NCBI GenBank assembly: GCA_004431415.1
Contig: QPMI01000230.1
Location: 78,028-142,027 of the forward strand
Origin: Cyanophora paradoxa CCMP329
Taxonomy: Eukaryota > Plantae > Glaucophyta
DNA length: 64,000 nt
Direction: 5' to 3'
The notes under the pieces are model-generated. The model was not told the DNA's origin. It saw only the letters and a list, made by a program, of their open reading frames with translations, and did no database searches. The position numbers were made by a program, and so were the translations under genes. This document shows, one piece after another, positions 24,601 to 36,800 of the stretch. Position 1 is the stretch's first letter. Each line of letters opens with the position of its first letter.

Positions 24601-24777
24601 ACCGCCGCCGCCGCCACCGCCGCCGCCGTCCAGGTCCCCTCCGCCCTCGCTCCTGCTTCGAGGCTCGGGGGCCGGGGCTCGCCTCACCGCGCGCAGGCCT
24701 GCGGGGCGGCGGGGGCGGCCCCCGCCGGCACCTCCGGATCCGCCGCCTGCGCCCCGCGCTTCGCCCAGTGCATGTAA
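21699..24777 (+). CDS. Secreted protein: signal peptide, 2 PSI-like repeats, Pro/Ala linker, non-animal heme peroxidase (APx-R-like), DUF4189-like domain
   Basis: Signal MRRLAFLALFILALRASA; CxxxxDCxSC...CxWC twice; distal LVRCE|YHDA, ADGSL...ELARPEN, VTWADAI, GGPRIPVGLGRLDA, proximal VALSGVH, STDLEL, FTDDFVKAY; C-terminal YGAFAYD...six-Cys domain. The model needs one indel near 22660-22666. Confidence 0.8.
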
Positions 24778-24970
24778 CTGTGCTCGCTGTTGGCGCCATC
24801 CGCGACCGCGCTGCATGTCGCTCGCCGCATGTGTAATTAAGCAGCAACGGGAGTCTCGTGCCGATCCGGATCCGGACGAGTGCATGCACAGCTGCAGGGC
24901 CCGCCCCGGCCCCCGGCCCCTAGCCCCCGCCCTGGCGCTGCGGCAGGGATCGACGGCGGGCGCGGGTTGG

Positions 24971-26812
24971 TCACATGACCCTGCGGGACATGTTCGTGAA
25001 GCCGGCGCCGAGGCACGAGGCGAGCAGCGTGTCGCTCTCCGGGTCCACCTTCACCTGCGCGCGCCTAAGGCCCGGGCTCCTCCTCGGGCAGGCCGGCCCC
25101 GCCCCCCGCGCACCTTGAAGGTCACGCTGAAGAACTGGCGGATGTGCCGCAGCAGCTCCACCCTGCGCCCCGCGCCCCCGCATCGGCCCCCGGCTGCCCG
25201 GCGGGGGCCGCGCGAGGCGCGAGGCGAGGCCGCGACCCGGGGGCGGGGGCGCGCACGTGTAGGGGGAGAGCTTGCCGAGGCGTATCTTGGAGACGTCCTC
25301 GGGCCCGAGGGCCATCAGCAGCAGCATCGTCCCCTGCGCGCTCGTGTCCACGCAGCCGCCCTGGGGGGCACGCCCGAGTCAGCCCGGTCCGACCCGATCC
25401 CCATCTGGAAGTGAGGGACACACCTTCATGATCTCCTCCATGAGCAGCCGCGCCGCCGCCGTCCCGATGTCCTCCGGCATCGACCCCGCCTCCCCCACCT
25501 GCAACCCGGGGCGTCGCGCGGGGCGCGCGGGGAGGGAGCGGGGAGGGGGGTGCAGCGCCCGGCACCTTCTCGGCGCAGAGCAGCGTGCCCGTCGTGCTCT
25601 CGGCGACCAGCGAGAGGGCGAACCCGGGGGACCTGCCCGGGGGCGTCGGGCCACGCCAGGCCCGACCGGGGGAGGCGGGGGCGCTCCCCGCCGGCCGCAC
25701 CTCCCCGAGTCGTTGCCCTTGTAGTGGTCCGTGTAGATGTACACGTCCGGAATGAACTTCTGCGCGCGCGGGGGGGTACGTCGATGTCGGGGGGCGGGAG
25801 ATCGGGGGCGGGGGGCGGGAGGGGGGGGGGGGGGGGCGAACGTTCAGCAGGGCCCTCGCCGAGTCGACCATCCTGTTTGCAGCTTGCGGAGACATCCGCG
25901 TGACGTACCTGGCGTGCGCACCCCTCAAGGCCCGCGCTCGCGGCGCGGGGCGGCGGGGTTCGTCCGCACGCGACTCCGCGTATTCGCTTGATCTTGCCCT
26001 CGTCGAGGAGCTGGATCGGCCTCAGCTGCTTCACCACGGGGCACTTGAATATAACCTCCCCGCCTCCCTCCGGCGGCGCCCCGCGTTTTGCTATCTGCGC
26101 GTGCGTTCGCGTCAGAGGCGGCGGGGTGCGGGCCAGCCGGGGCGGCGAGGGCGGCGCCCGCCTTGAGCTCTAGGTTCTCCTCGTCTATGCCGAAGTGCTT
26201 CAGGTTGGGCAGCGTGACTGTTCGAATGAGGTCGACCTGCGCGCGCCGCTCAGCGTCCCGCGCGCCGCGGCGGCTGCGGGGCGGGGCGCACCGACAGGTC
26301 CTCCTCTGCGTTCGTGATGCCCCGCAGCGTCGCTGCGAGCGCCTTCTTCCCGAACGGCGCGAGGCACACGAGCGCCTCCAGGAAGTAGCCTATTGACCTC
26401 GCTGTCCCGCAGTCGTGCGTGATCGTCCCGCCGACGATGAAGCCCGGCTTGTACCGCAGGCTCGTGCCTGCACGAGAGCGGAGCGGGAGCGCGTGAGTGA
26501 TGCGTAGCTAGAGGTACATGGCTACGCGCTGGAACTGCTGCCGGCGGTCCGCGGGGCCGCCTCTGCGGGGCGCACCGGTCTCGTTGATCTCGATCGTGCA
26601 CCCGTTGGTGATCTTCTCGAGCAGCCGCAGCAGACTCGCCTCGAACTCTGCGGTACGTCAGAGACGCGCTGCCGAAGCGGGGGGCGCCACGAACCTCTGA
26701 GGCCGGGCCGCTCGTCGAGGGCGCGGATGTCATCGATGCGGATCGCGCGGCCAGATAGAGTCGAGCAAACTAGCCGCTGCCTAAAGTACCGAGATCCTCG
26801 GAACCGCAGCAT
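24971..26812 (-). CDS. RCL1: RNA 3'-terminal phosphate cyclase-like protein (18S rRNA processing)
   Basis: FRQRLVCSTLSGRAIRIDDIR...PGLR; LLRLLEKITNG; RSIGYFLE; LRGITN; KRGAPPEGGGEV; GKIKRIRGVA; SPGFALSLVAESTTG; PEDIG. Confidence 0.96.
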
Positions 26813-27414
26813 TGGCCCGGGCTGCTAGCTGCCTGTCTCGCGGTAAAGCTCCCGTGCGGAACCGACACCGGGTTTTTGGGAAGTTCGTAGGGTACAGCAA
26901 ACACAAAGCGTTCGCCTCGCCATGAAGCCGCCATGGAGCGCTTTAGGCGCTGCAGATCGACGCGGAACGCATGCGCACGCTTGTTGCGGGCACGGGACGT
27001 CCGACCCCTTCGCGTCACTGACGTTGATGGTAAGTTGCGAGCTTCATCTGACGACTCTCTCTCTCTGAGTCTCAGTGCGCGCTCTACCCGTAAATCGTCA
27101 AGTCGGCATAGACAGCAAAGCCGGAAAGGTGCGCTAGGCGTAATCACATCAGCCTCGACCTGTATTTTGTTGGAGCAGCGCATAGCAGTCATCAGCAGAC
27201 GCCAGCTGCAGCAGCGCCGACGCTCAGGGCGACCTCGGCTTGTGGTTGTATCAGCTCAGAGCTTCGGGTCCGTGAACAGAGAACAGAAAGGAGCCAAGGC
27301 GCTCACATCTGCCCGCGGCCGGCCGAGCAAGCTTGGGTGGTGCGTTCGCCTAGGCCTGCTCGGCTCGACGCCCGCCCAACTCATATCCGCGCCCTGGGCT
27401 CCCACAGCTAAGCG

Positions 27415-28743
27415 ATGGGTGAGCGCAAGGTCGTCAACAAGTACTATGTACGCTCTGCAGCCCCCAATGTGTCCCCCTTCGCCTGACACTGACAGCCATC
27501 GCCTGCAGCCGCCCGACTTCGACCCGGAGAAGCTTGCGAAGCGGAAGTGCCCGAAGAATGACCAGATCAAGATCCGGATGATGATGCCGATGAGCGTCCA
27601 GTGCACGACGTGCGGGGAGTACATCGGCGCGGGGAAGAAGTTCAACTCGCGCAAGGAGACGGTTGAGAACGACGACTACCTCGGCATCAAGAAGCATCGC
27701 CTTTACATGCGCTGCCCCCGCTGCTCCGCCGAGTTCACCATCAAGACCGACCCCAAGAACAGGTCCGCCGCCCCGCCCCTCATGGCGCGTTGCCTGCTCA
27801 CGCGCGCCGCGCCCGCAGCGACTACACGGCGGAGCACGGCATCCGCCGCAACTTCGAGCCGTGGAAGGCCCGGTCGGAGGAGGTGCCCCTCGCCCCGACC
27901 GGGCGCCCCCGCGACTCGAGCTCGCTGCCGACCGCTCACGGCGGGGCCGCAGGAGGAGAGGGCGAAGAGGCAGCGGGCGGACGAGGAGGAGGGCGACGCG
28001 ATGAAGGCCCTCGAGAACCGCACCGCAGACTCCAAGCGCGAGATGGGTGCGCCCCTCGTCCCGCCGCGCCGGGGCGCGCGCTGGCCATGGCGCTCATGCG
28101 CGGGCAGACATCCTGGAGGGGCTGGACGAGATCCGGGCGCTGAACGCGGCCAACGCGGCCGCCGACGCCGACTCGCTCCTCGAGGCCCGCCGCGCCGCGG
28201 CCGAGGCGCAGCGCGTGCGCGCCGTGCCCCCGGCGCCCCCGGCCCCTCGAGGGCCCGCCCCTGACCGTCCGCCCCGCCCGCCCCGCAGCGCAAGGAGGAG
28301 GAGGACGACGACCGCCTCGCGCGGGAGACCTTCCGCCGCGGCCGCCAGCCCGTTCTCAAGGTACCCCCCGCAGCTCTGAGGCCGCGCCGCGCCCTGTGCC
28401 GGCGGCTGACTCGCGGCAGGTGGAGGCCGGGGACGAGAGCGACTGGTCCGACGGGTCAGACGAGGAGCCGGCATCGAAGAAGGCGAAGGAGGCCCCCGAG
28501 ACCCGCGCGAGCGACGGCGTCGGCGGTGCGCAGGGCGCCCCCCGCGCCCTCCCGAATCTGACCCCCGCGCCCCGCCCCCGGTGCCCGGCGCTGTCGGCGG
28601 CCAAGGCGGAGGCGGTCGACGTGGAGGAGGCGGCGGCGGCGGTGCCGCTGGTGGTGGTGAAGGCGAAGAAGAAGAAGGGCAAGGAGCCGGCCGGCCTCGC
28701 CCTCCTCGCCGCCTACGCCTCCGCCAGCGACGACGACGCGTAG
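27415..28743 (+). CDS. YJU2: First-step splicing factor YJU2/CCDC94 (Cwc16)
   Basis: MGERKVVNKYY|PPDFDP...RMMMPMSVQCTTCGEYI...KFNSRKE...YLGI...CPRC...IKTDPKN|SDY...RNFEPW; DAMKALENRT. Confidence 0.95.
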
Positions 28744-29137
28744 GCCGCCGCTAGCCCTGCCTCGGCCGGCCCTCTACCCTTGGCCATGGAGCTCTGTGCG
28801 TCAGTCAGTCAGTCAGTACGCTTTCGCTTATCACAGTGTCAATGTTGCGTTTGTGTAACTCTCGACATTTCATCGTTCGAACTGAATTCAGTGATTATGC
28901 AGTATTTTATTTCGATTCTTCCCACTGCGCCAGGCAGAATTGCATTCGTAGTGCCACGTTGTAGTTTGTTTTCATGATCATTTTGTACCATAGCACAAGT
29001 GCATTTAAAATTTGTTGCTGCAGCTGTCCAAGGGTTGCTGGAGGATCTGTCGTAATCAACTACTTGCTTTCTTTAATTGTACGTATACATGTGCAGTCGA
29101 CTTGAATTCGCATACGTGCAACGCCGCGGCCGTGCCC

Positions 29138-29194
29138 CGCGCGTACGCGTGCGCGTATGCATGCGCGCGCGCACGCATGCGCATGCGCACGCAC
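29138..29194. other. 57-nt perfectly alternating purine/pyrimidine tract (Z-DNA-prone)
   Basis: cgcgcgtacgcgtgcgcgtatgcatgcgcgcgcgcacgcatgcgcatgcgcacgcac. Confidence 0.8.
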
Positions 29195-29671
29195 TCCCGG
29201 CCGGGCCCGGCCCGGTTTACGCCCCCGTCCCGTCTGCCGCAGTACCCGTCTATAGCTATAGCTTTACGCCCCCGTCCCGTGCTGCACCTGGATTCCTGCA
29301 GCTGCAGCGGATGCCGGACGACGTGCGTACGTACGTCGCGAGCGTTCCGGAAAGCCCCGGTGCGGTGTCGAACTCGGGTCTTCGAAGAAGTCTTCCTCAG
29401 TTGCCACCTCGGATTCGCAGCTGCATCGCAACGCAGCTCGCACGGTGCAGCTCGAGAGAGCAAGCCAACAGGACTTTGCAGCTCGCACATGGCCAGCTTC
29501 GGCAGCGCTGCCAGCTAATCATCGAAGCGCGCGCTCCGGGTGCGCGGCCGGTCCAGGGCCGCTTTAGAGCGTTCGAACGCTTCTTCTTAGAGCGAGAGCC
29601 GCTCTTAGCTCGTCAGCACCTGCCAGCAGGCCTAGCAGCCTCCGATTAGATCGCTCTGGCGAGCCTCTTTC

Positions 29672-32479
29672 ATGGGCATTGAAGAAGCGAGCATCGGGCA
29701 GGAGGCCCGCAAGCACCTCTTGCTCGTCGTGCATGGGTTCGTTCGACCCTGACCTGGAGCTGATTAAGCGCACGGGGCCAAGCGCCTAATGGCGTTAGAT
29801 AGCACTGCGGCCTCTTCGGCCCGTCGTGAGGTGTTGACCGGCTGCGCGGGCGCAGCGTCGGGAGTCAGGCCGAGGGCAAGGCCATGGGCTCGCCCATCAG
29901 CGTCTGCGCCTCCCGGCTACAGTCGACGATTGACCGGGCCGCGGGCCGCTACGGCTGCGCTCCGGAGGAGGTTTCCGTACGCTTCATCGAGTGGCACGAG
30001 CAGATACACAACCTATACGTGCGTTGATTCCATGCATGCCATCGCCTTCCCGCACTCAGCGTCGCTCGGCAGGACGATGGCATGTGGGGCGGGGTGCGAC
30101 GCAGCTCCCGGGGGCCGCTCGCTCGCGAAGCTCACGTGTCGCGCAGACGCTCACGACGGGAGTCAAGACCGTTAGGAACGCTCTGAACGGTCCGCGAGCA
30201 ACGCGCACGCCGCTTGCCCCGCTGCGCGCCGACCGGCCGCCGGCGCCCGCAGACAAGCTGGCGGACTGCTTCATGTTCATGTCGGCGCACTTCGGAGGCC
30301 TCATCCTCCGCACGGTTAGCCTCTTCTCCAGCTGTTGCGCACGAGTCTCCTGAGAAACCAGCTGCGCCTCGAACGCCAGGTGGTCCGCCTCCTCAACGAG
30401 GCGTACGCGGCGTTCCTCGCCGAGGCACGGGCGGCCGAGCCGGGCGCCCCGCGGCCCCTCGTCTCTGTCTTCGCCCACTCGCTGGGCAGCCTCATCATGT
30501 TCGACGTCCTCAGCGGTGCGCCGGGCCCCTCGCACTCTTCGGGCGCCGCTCCGGGCGAGCGGGCGCGGGCGCGCGGACGGCAGGGCGGAGCGTGATCGAC
30601 CGGCGGGACGGCCCGATGGCAGTGCCCCCGCTGGACTTCGAGGTGGACACCCTCTTCCTCGTCGGCTCCCCCATCGGCGCCTACCTCTCCCTCAACGGCT
30701 CCCCGCTGGGTACCCCTCTCCCCGGCTTCGATCCCCCATCCCCCTTCCCTCCGAACGCGTACCGCAGGCTACGCGAAGGTTCCCCACCTCTGCCGCCGCA
30801 TGTACAACCTCTTCCACCCGCACGACCCCGTGGTCCGCGATCCCGTTACCGCCTCCCGCCGTGCGTGGGGCGACGTATCCCCCCCGCAGGCGTACCGCTT
30901 CGAGCCGTGGCACGACCGGGCGTACAAGGATGTGCCGCCGGTGCTGGTGGAGCACCACGAGGGGGACCTGCGCGTGCACTACCGCATCCGCGCCCTCAGC
31001 GAGGACCTCCGCATCCGCATCCAGCTCATGCGCAAGGGGTACACCCCTCCCCCGCCGCCCCCGCCGCCCCGCGCCCCCGGCCGGCTCGAGCGTCGGCGCA
31101 GGTTCCACGAGTCGCTCGAGGAGGGGAAGCGGAAGATGGAGAGCTGGCTGAAGACGCCGCGGGGCGGGCCCGAGGGCGCCCCGGGCCGCCGCATGGCGAG
31201 CGAGCGCCCCGGCCGCGCGGCCCAGCGCCAGCAGCGCCGCCGGCGGGCCGCCTCCGCCGACCCCGCCTCCCTCCGCTCCCCGCCGGCGGGCGCTCCGCGG
31301 ACGGGGCGGGCGGGCGGATGGCGGGCGGCGCGGGGGCGGGGCCTCGCGTGCAGCTCCGCTGACCTGGAGGCGCTGGCGCGGGTGGAAGCGGAGAGCAGCC
31401 GGGGCGAGAGCGGGGCGAGAGCAGCAGCGACGCCGGCGCAGAGAGCGACACGGAGGGCGAGGCCCCCGCCCCCGCCCCCGCCCCGGCGATGCCGGTGCCG
31501 GTGCCGATGCCGGTGCCGGTGATGGCGCTGCAGCGGAAGGGGCGGGTGGCGTCGCTGCGCATCGGGGCGGCCGCCATGCGCCGCAGCCGCTCGGCCGTCG
31601 ACATCGAGTGGCTCGGCCAGGAGGCCGCCCCCCCGCAGGCCGGCCCCGCCTCGGTGCCGCCCGCCCCCGCCCTCCCGCATCTCAGCCCGGCTCTGACGCC
31701 GGCCCCCGCAGGGCCCCCCTCGCCCTCCGCGACGCGCCGCTCCTCGCAGGAGCACGACAAGGGCGGGAGCGCCGCCTCGACCCGCGCGCCGGCGCCGCCC
31801 ACGCCGCCGGCCGGGGCCGCGGGCGGCACCACGGCCGGCGGAGGCGGCGGCGCGCGTGGTCGCTGGACGCGGCGCTGCGGGACCGGCGGCTCCTGCAGGC
31901 GGCCTCCGCCGTGGACCAGGAGCTCATGCGGGGCGCCCCGCTCCGCGACTCGATCAAGTCCGCCAAGTCCGGCGGCCCCGGCCCCGGGTCGGGGGCGGAC
32001 CGGGCCGAGGCGGGATGCGGCGGCACCGGCTCCCCGCGCTACGACTTCGTGCTGCAGGAGACGCCGCTGCAGAACATCAACGAGTTCTTCGGCCTCATGC
32101 AGTCCCACTTCAGGTCCCCCCCGCTTCTTCCGTTCTTCGTCTTCCTCCTTTTCCTTGCGCCTGACGCGCTGCCAGCTACTGGGAGGACCCCGACGTGGCG
32201 AACTTCATCCTGCAGCGCCTCTTCTCGGGGGGCGGCGCCCTCTCCGACGGCCCCGCCACCGCCCGGCTCCTCCAGGCGCCGCCCGGCGAGGTCGCCTCCT
32301 CCGGCGCCTCCGCCTCGGCCTCGACGCACGAGAGCGACACGGGGACTGACAGCGACGGGCGCGAGGCCGCCGCCTCCCTCCGCTCCAAGCTCACCGCCCT
32401 CGAGAAGCAGGACGCCGACTGGGCGGCCCGCATGCGCGCATTCCTCAGGGACCTCTTCCCCACCCTCTTCGACGAGTAG
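29672..32479 (+). CDS. DDHD-domain phospholipase A1 (PA-PLA1/SGR2 family)
   Basis: HLLLVVHG|VG; FIEWH; lipase motif AHSLGS; LDFEVDTLFLVGSPIG; YNLFHPHDPV|AYRFEP; RYDFVLQ...QSHF|SYWEDPDV. Confidence 0.92.
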
Positions 32480-32896
32480 CTCGATACCTTTTCTCCTTCT
32501 GCTCGTGCTTCTTATCCGTGCAGCCTATTTTATTGTTCTCAGCTCGCGCTTTCTTGCAGTTGTTCTTTTTCATGCGGACTTCGTCGAAGAAGGCCCGAGT
32601 TCTTTATACGAATGCCTAGACCGTTGATATTGAGCTAGGTGATGTAGAGGTCTTTCCGATGATGGAAAGATGTTATGTTGCGCAACCGGCACCAGATCGA
32701 TTTCCCCGCCTTGGAATCGGTCCCGCCGCAGCCCGCGGCAACCGCATGCGCAGGAACGAAAAGAGCGTAACTAAGGGATTCAATCCAAGGAAAGAGGAGG
32801 AGGACAGGCGTGCTAAGGCGAACGATGGGATCTACGGTACGACGGGGACAGGAAGGAGCGCGCGAGATTACCGCGCCCGAAACAGCGCCGAAGCGC

Positions 32897-33761
32897 TTAA
32901 CGGCCAGTGCTGGCCTGGTACTCCTTGCACGGGTACTTGGGAGACTGCGCGCGAGGGAGATCGTGAGCAAAGGGTCAAAACGCGTCTTGGGAGGGCAAGT
33001 ACCTTGGTGGTCAGAATAATAGCGACGATAAGGCCGTACAGACCCAGCGCCTCGGCGAAAATGAGAATAAGAATCATGCCGACGAAGAGCTTGGGCTGCT
33101 GGGCCGCGGCGCGGACACCCGCGTCACCGACGATGCCGATAGCCATGCCGGCGGCGAGACCAGAGAGACCGCAGCAAAGACCCGAGGCGAGGTGAGCGAA
33201 GCCAATGTAAAGCGGGTACTGATCCTCCTTGACTGCGCGTCGAGGATCGTGTGAGGCGGTGAGGAGGCCATTTCGCGGGGCGGGGCGTCGAAAAGCGAAA
33301 CGCACTGCTGGAACCGATGATGACAGCAATAATCAGACCGTAGATACCGAGCACACCAGCCATGACAACGGGAATGATGGAACGCATCACGAGCTCAGGG
33401 CGCATCACACCCATCGACGCGACACCGACGCCCGACTTCGCCGTCCCGTACGCGGCACCGAGGTCTGCGAAGCGAGAGTTCGTTGGCTGCGTTCGGGCGA
33501 TGTGGCGGGGACTATGCGAAGAGTCGCTCAAACATCCCGAGGGGACGCGCGTGCTGGGGCAGCTGGGGGCTAGGAGCGACTCACTGGCAAAGATAAGGGC
33601 CGACGCGGCGCCCATGAAGCCGAAGAAGAAGCTCTGACGCCGGGGTCAGGGTTCGATGGGCGATGGTCGGGCGAGGATTCGCTACGCGGATTCACCGATT
33701 GGGGGCACGAGATCGCCACCGCCCCTGCGGGCTCGGCCGCGGCAAGCAGGATGGAGGCCAT
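32897..33761 (-). CDS. VMA3: V-type H+-ATPase 16 kDa proteolipid subunit c
   Basis: [13 protein letters not shown]; [13 protein letters not shown]; [17 protein letters not shown]; [10 protein letters not shown]; [24 protein letters not shown] with the essential Glu. Confidence 0.98.
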
Positions 33762-33894
33762 TTTCTTTGTTCCTCGGTTTTGGAGGGTGTACCCGGGCGG
33801 AGAGGTTGGCCGTACCCGGCCGGGCCGAGCACTTGAACTTGCGAGCGCGGGTCGCCGGTAGAAAGCGCCGGTCCAGCTCAGTTAGCAGAGGTAG

Positions 33895-36800
33895 ATGATG
33901 CCGCGGGGCCCCGGCCCGCCGCGCGTGGCCGGACTGGTCCTCGTGGCGCTCCTCGTGTGCATCATGCGGGCGCACGGCCAGCTGCAGGGCGGCGCGGAGG
34001 AGGAACCCTTCCACCGCTGCGAACACAGCGAGCGCGCAACGCGAGTGCAGCTCGTCGACGCGGCTCAGCAGTACGAGCTCCAGTCCGAGGCCCCCGCCGG
34101 CGGGCGGCGGCTGCTGCAGGCGACCACGTGGAAGCCGCTCCGACTAGTTGCAGGTGCAGCACGCCGCCCTTGGATGCTCGCGCTGCAGCTGCCGTGGCTC
34201 GAGGGAGAGCGTGAGCTCGCTCTCCGCAGACTTCCGCTACCTGAAGTCCGCGGACGCTGCCTTCCGGAGTCTGATCCAGGTATGACGTTCGTAATCTGCA
34301 AGCCGCCCCGGCGCTCGCTGACCGCGCTTCAGACCAAAGTGGCGAGCCACGCCTCCACGTGTTACGCGGCGGGAGACCGCACCTGAGACGTGTACGCGGC
34401 GCAGGTCCCCGAGGCGATTAAGCGGTTCTCGGCGATGCTGAGGACGGTGCCTGTCAGCGGGAACCTGAAGCTGCAGTGCGCCCGGCGCTTCGTCGCGACG
34501 GGCGCATGCGTCCCCAACCGTGCGCTGCATACGAAGCCCCGGAGAGCCGCGCACATAAAGAAAAACAATTTTGTAGCGGGCCTGAGAAGCGTGCAGAGGG
34601 ACCCACGATGTGCGGGGACCTCGAAATTCCCCAGGACCACATCGACTTCGGTGCGCGCTCGCCGCTGCTCGCCGCCCCTCAGCAGCCGCGCCCCGCGTGC
34701 ATCGAGCCGGATGCGCAGGGGTACCGAACGCGGACGTGATCCTCTACGTGACAGCCACCGCGGAGACGTCGCGTACCCTCCTCGCGTACGCGGCGTCCTG
34801 CCAGCGCGACCAGAAGGGGCGGCCCATCGCCGGGTGCGCGTTCCCTCGCCGCGCCGGCCGCGCATCCCCCTGAGACCTCCCCGCGCCGCCCCCAGGATAA
34901 TCAGCTTTAACACGAACTCGGCGGGGCTCCAGAGCGCGAGCGCCGCCGAGCAGAAGCTCACGTACACGGCGGTGCCGCTCCCGGGGCTGGGCCGGAGGGG
35001 GGTAGCGCAGCGCCGAGCCCCCGCGCAGCTCCACGAGATCACGCACGTGCTCGTGTTCTCGGAGTCGCTGTACCCCTTCTTCCGCACGTCCTCGGGGAAC
35101 ACGGTCGGGCAGGCGCGCGCCCTCTCCGCCGCCGGCCGGGGCACTCTACCCCCCCGCCGAACGCTCAGCCCGCCGGCAGGTCACGCGGCAGTTCAACGAG
35201 CGCGGCAAGGTCGTCACGAAGATCGTCACCCCGAAAGGTCGGGGGCGGCGGCGGGCGGGGGGGGGGCCCGGCCGGCCCCCGCCGACCCCCGCTGGCAGTG
35301 CTGCAGGCGGCGCGGGCGCACTTCGGCTGCACTACGCTCAACGGCGCCGAGCTCGAGGATCAGGCGCGCCTCCCCGCATCCCGCCCCGCCGGCGCCCCTG
35401 CGCCCTGGAGCGACCCGTGCCGCCCCGCAGGGCGGGACGGGGACGGCCGGCTCCCACTGGGAGGCGGTGCGCCCCCTCTCCGGCCCCCAGCGCCCTTCCC
35501 CTCGTCGAGGCAGCCGCGTCGCAGCGCGTCCTCCTCAACGAGCTGATGGCCGGAGAGCTCCAGCACCGCCCCAAGTTCTCCGGCGCGCCCCTCCCCGCCC
35601 CCGCGCCCGTCCCTTGCCTCCCATCATCCCCCGCGCAGCCATCACCCTCGCTTTGTTCCAGGATTCCGGGTGGCGCGCCCCTCCCTCCCCGCCGTACCCC
35701 GCGAGGGCCGCTGGATCTGATCCGCCACCGCGCAGGTACCTGCCCGACTACACGGCGGCCGACCCGCTCTACTGGGGCCGCAACGCCGGTGCGCCATCCC
35801 CCGCGCCTCCCTCGCGGGGCCCGAGCGGGGCGCAGGCTGCCCGTTCGCCCTGGAGCGGTGCATCGCGCAGGGCGCCTCGGGCCCCGTCTCCGTCTCCGCC
35901 CCCCACTTCTGCTCGTCCGCCCGGCCCCCGCCCCCCGGCCCTCCTCCCCGCTGAAGTGCAGCGCCCCCGGCCTGCAGGACGCCGTCGTCCACGGGGTGCA
36001 GCCTGGACGGGACGGCCGTCTCCTTCTGCGAGTTCTCCTCCTACAACCGCATCCCCGCCAGCTTCCAGGTGCCGTACCCCCACCCTAGCTCCTCCCCCCC
36101 TCCCCGCGCGTCATCGCCTCCGACCGGTGTGCGTTGCCGCTTGTACGCAGTACTTCTCCGATCCCGTCGTCGGTACCCCGAACCCGAACCCATACCCGCG
36201 CCCCCGTGCCCCCGCCGGGTTCCAGCGCATCCCGCAGGCGGCTCGGTCCAGAACGCCGACTTCTGTCCTGTATTCGTGCGGCGGGTCCCCCCTCCGTGGC
36301 TCCCGCGCTCGGCGACCCGGCGGCGGGGCGCAGCTGACGTCGGAGACGTCGGACTGCCGGACGGGGGCGGGGTCGTCGAACGCGGCGGTCTTCGGGGAGA
36401 CCTGGGCCTGCCCCGAGTGCCGCTGCTTCCCCACCTCCCTCCTCCGCTCCGGCCTCGTCTCCTCCTCCCGGTCCGCCCGCCCCCGCCCCCGCCCCACCCT
36501 TCCGTGTGAGCCTCACCCCTCGTCTCCCTCGCAGGCGCTCGCACGGCTGGTACCGTTGCCCCTCGCCCGGCCGGCAGCGCCCGGCGCCTCACGCCGCCGC
36601 GCAGCTTCCAGTTCCGCTGCCTGGAGCTCCCCGGCGGGGGGTACAACCTCACTGTCCTCCTCCCCCCCGCCTCCTCCGCCGCGGGCGCCCCCTCCGTCGC
36701 CTGCCCCCCCGCCGGCGGCCCCGTCTCCGTCCCGGGGTACTCGGGCACCCTCACCTGCCCCAACGCCACCGACGTGCCCGCGCCCCGCGCCCCTCCTCGC

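Noticed and set aside
27085-27200. Box C/D snoRNA on the minus strand (TGATGA...CTGA..TGATTA) with CCAACAAAATA resembling an 18S antisense
   Set aside because: The putative guide ends 10 nt from the D' box, and there is no convincing D box or terminal stem. Plus-strand splice signals explain the region better.
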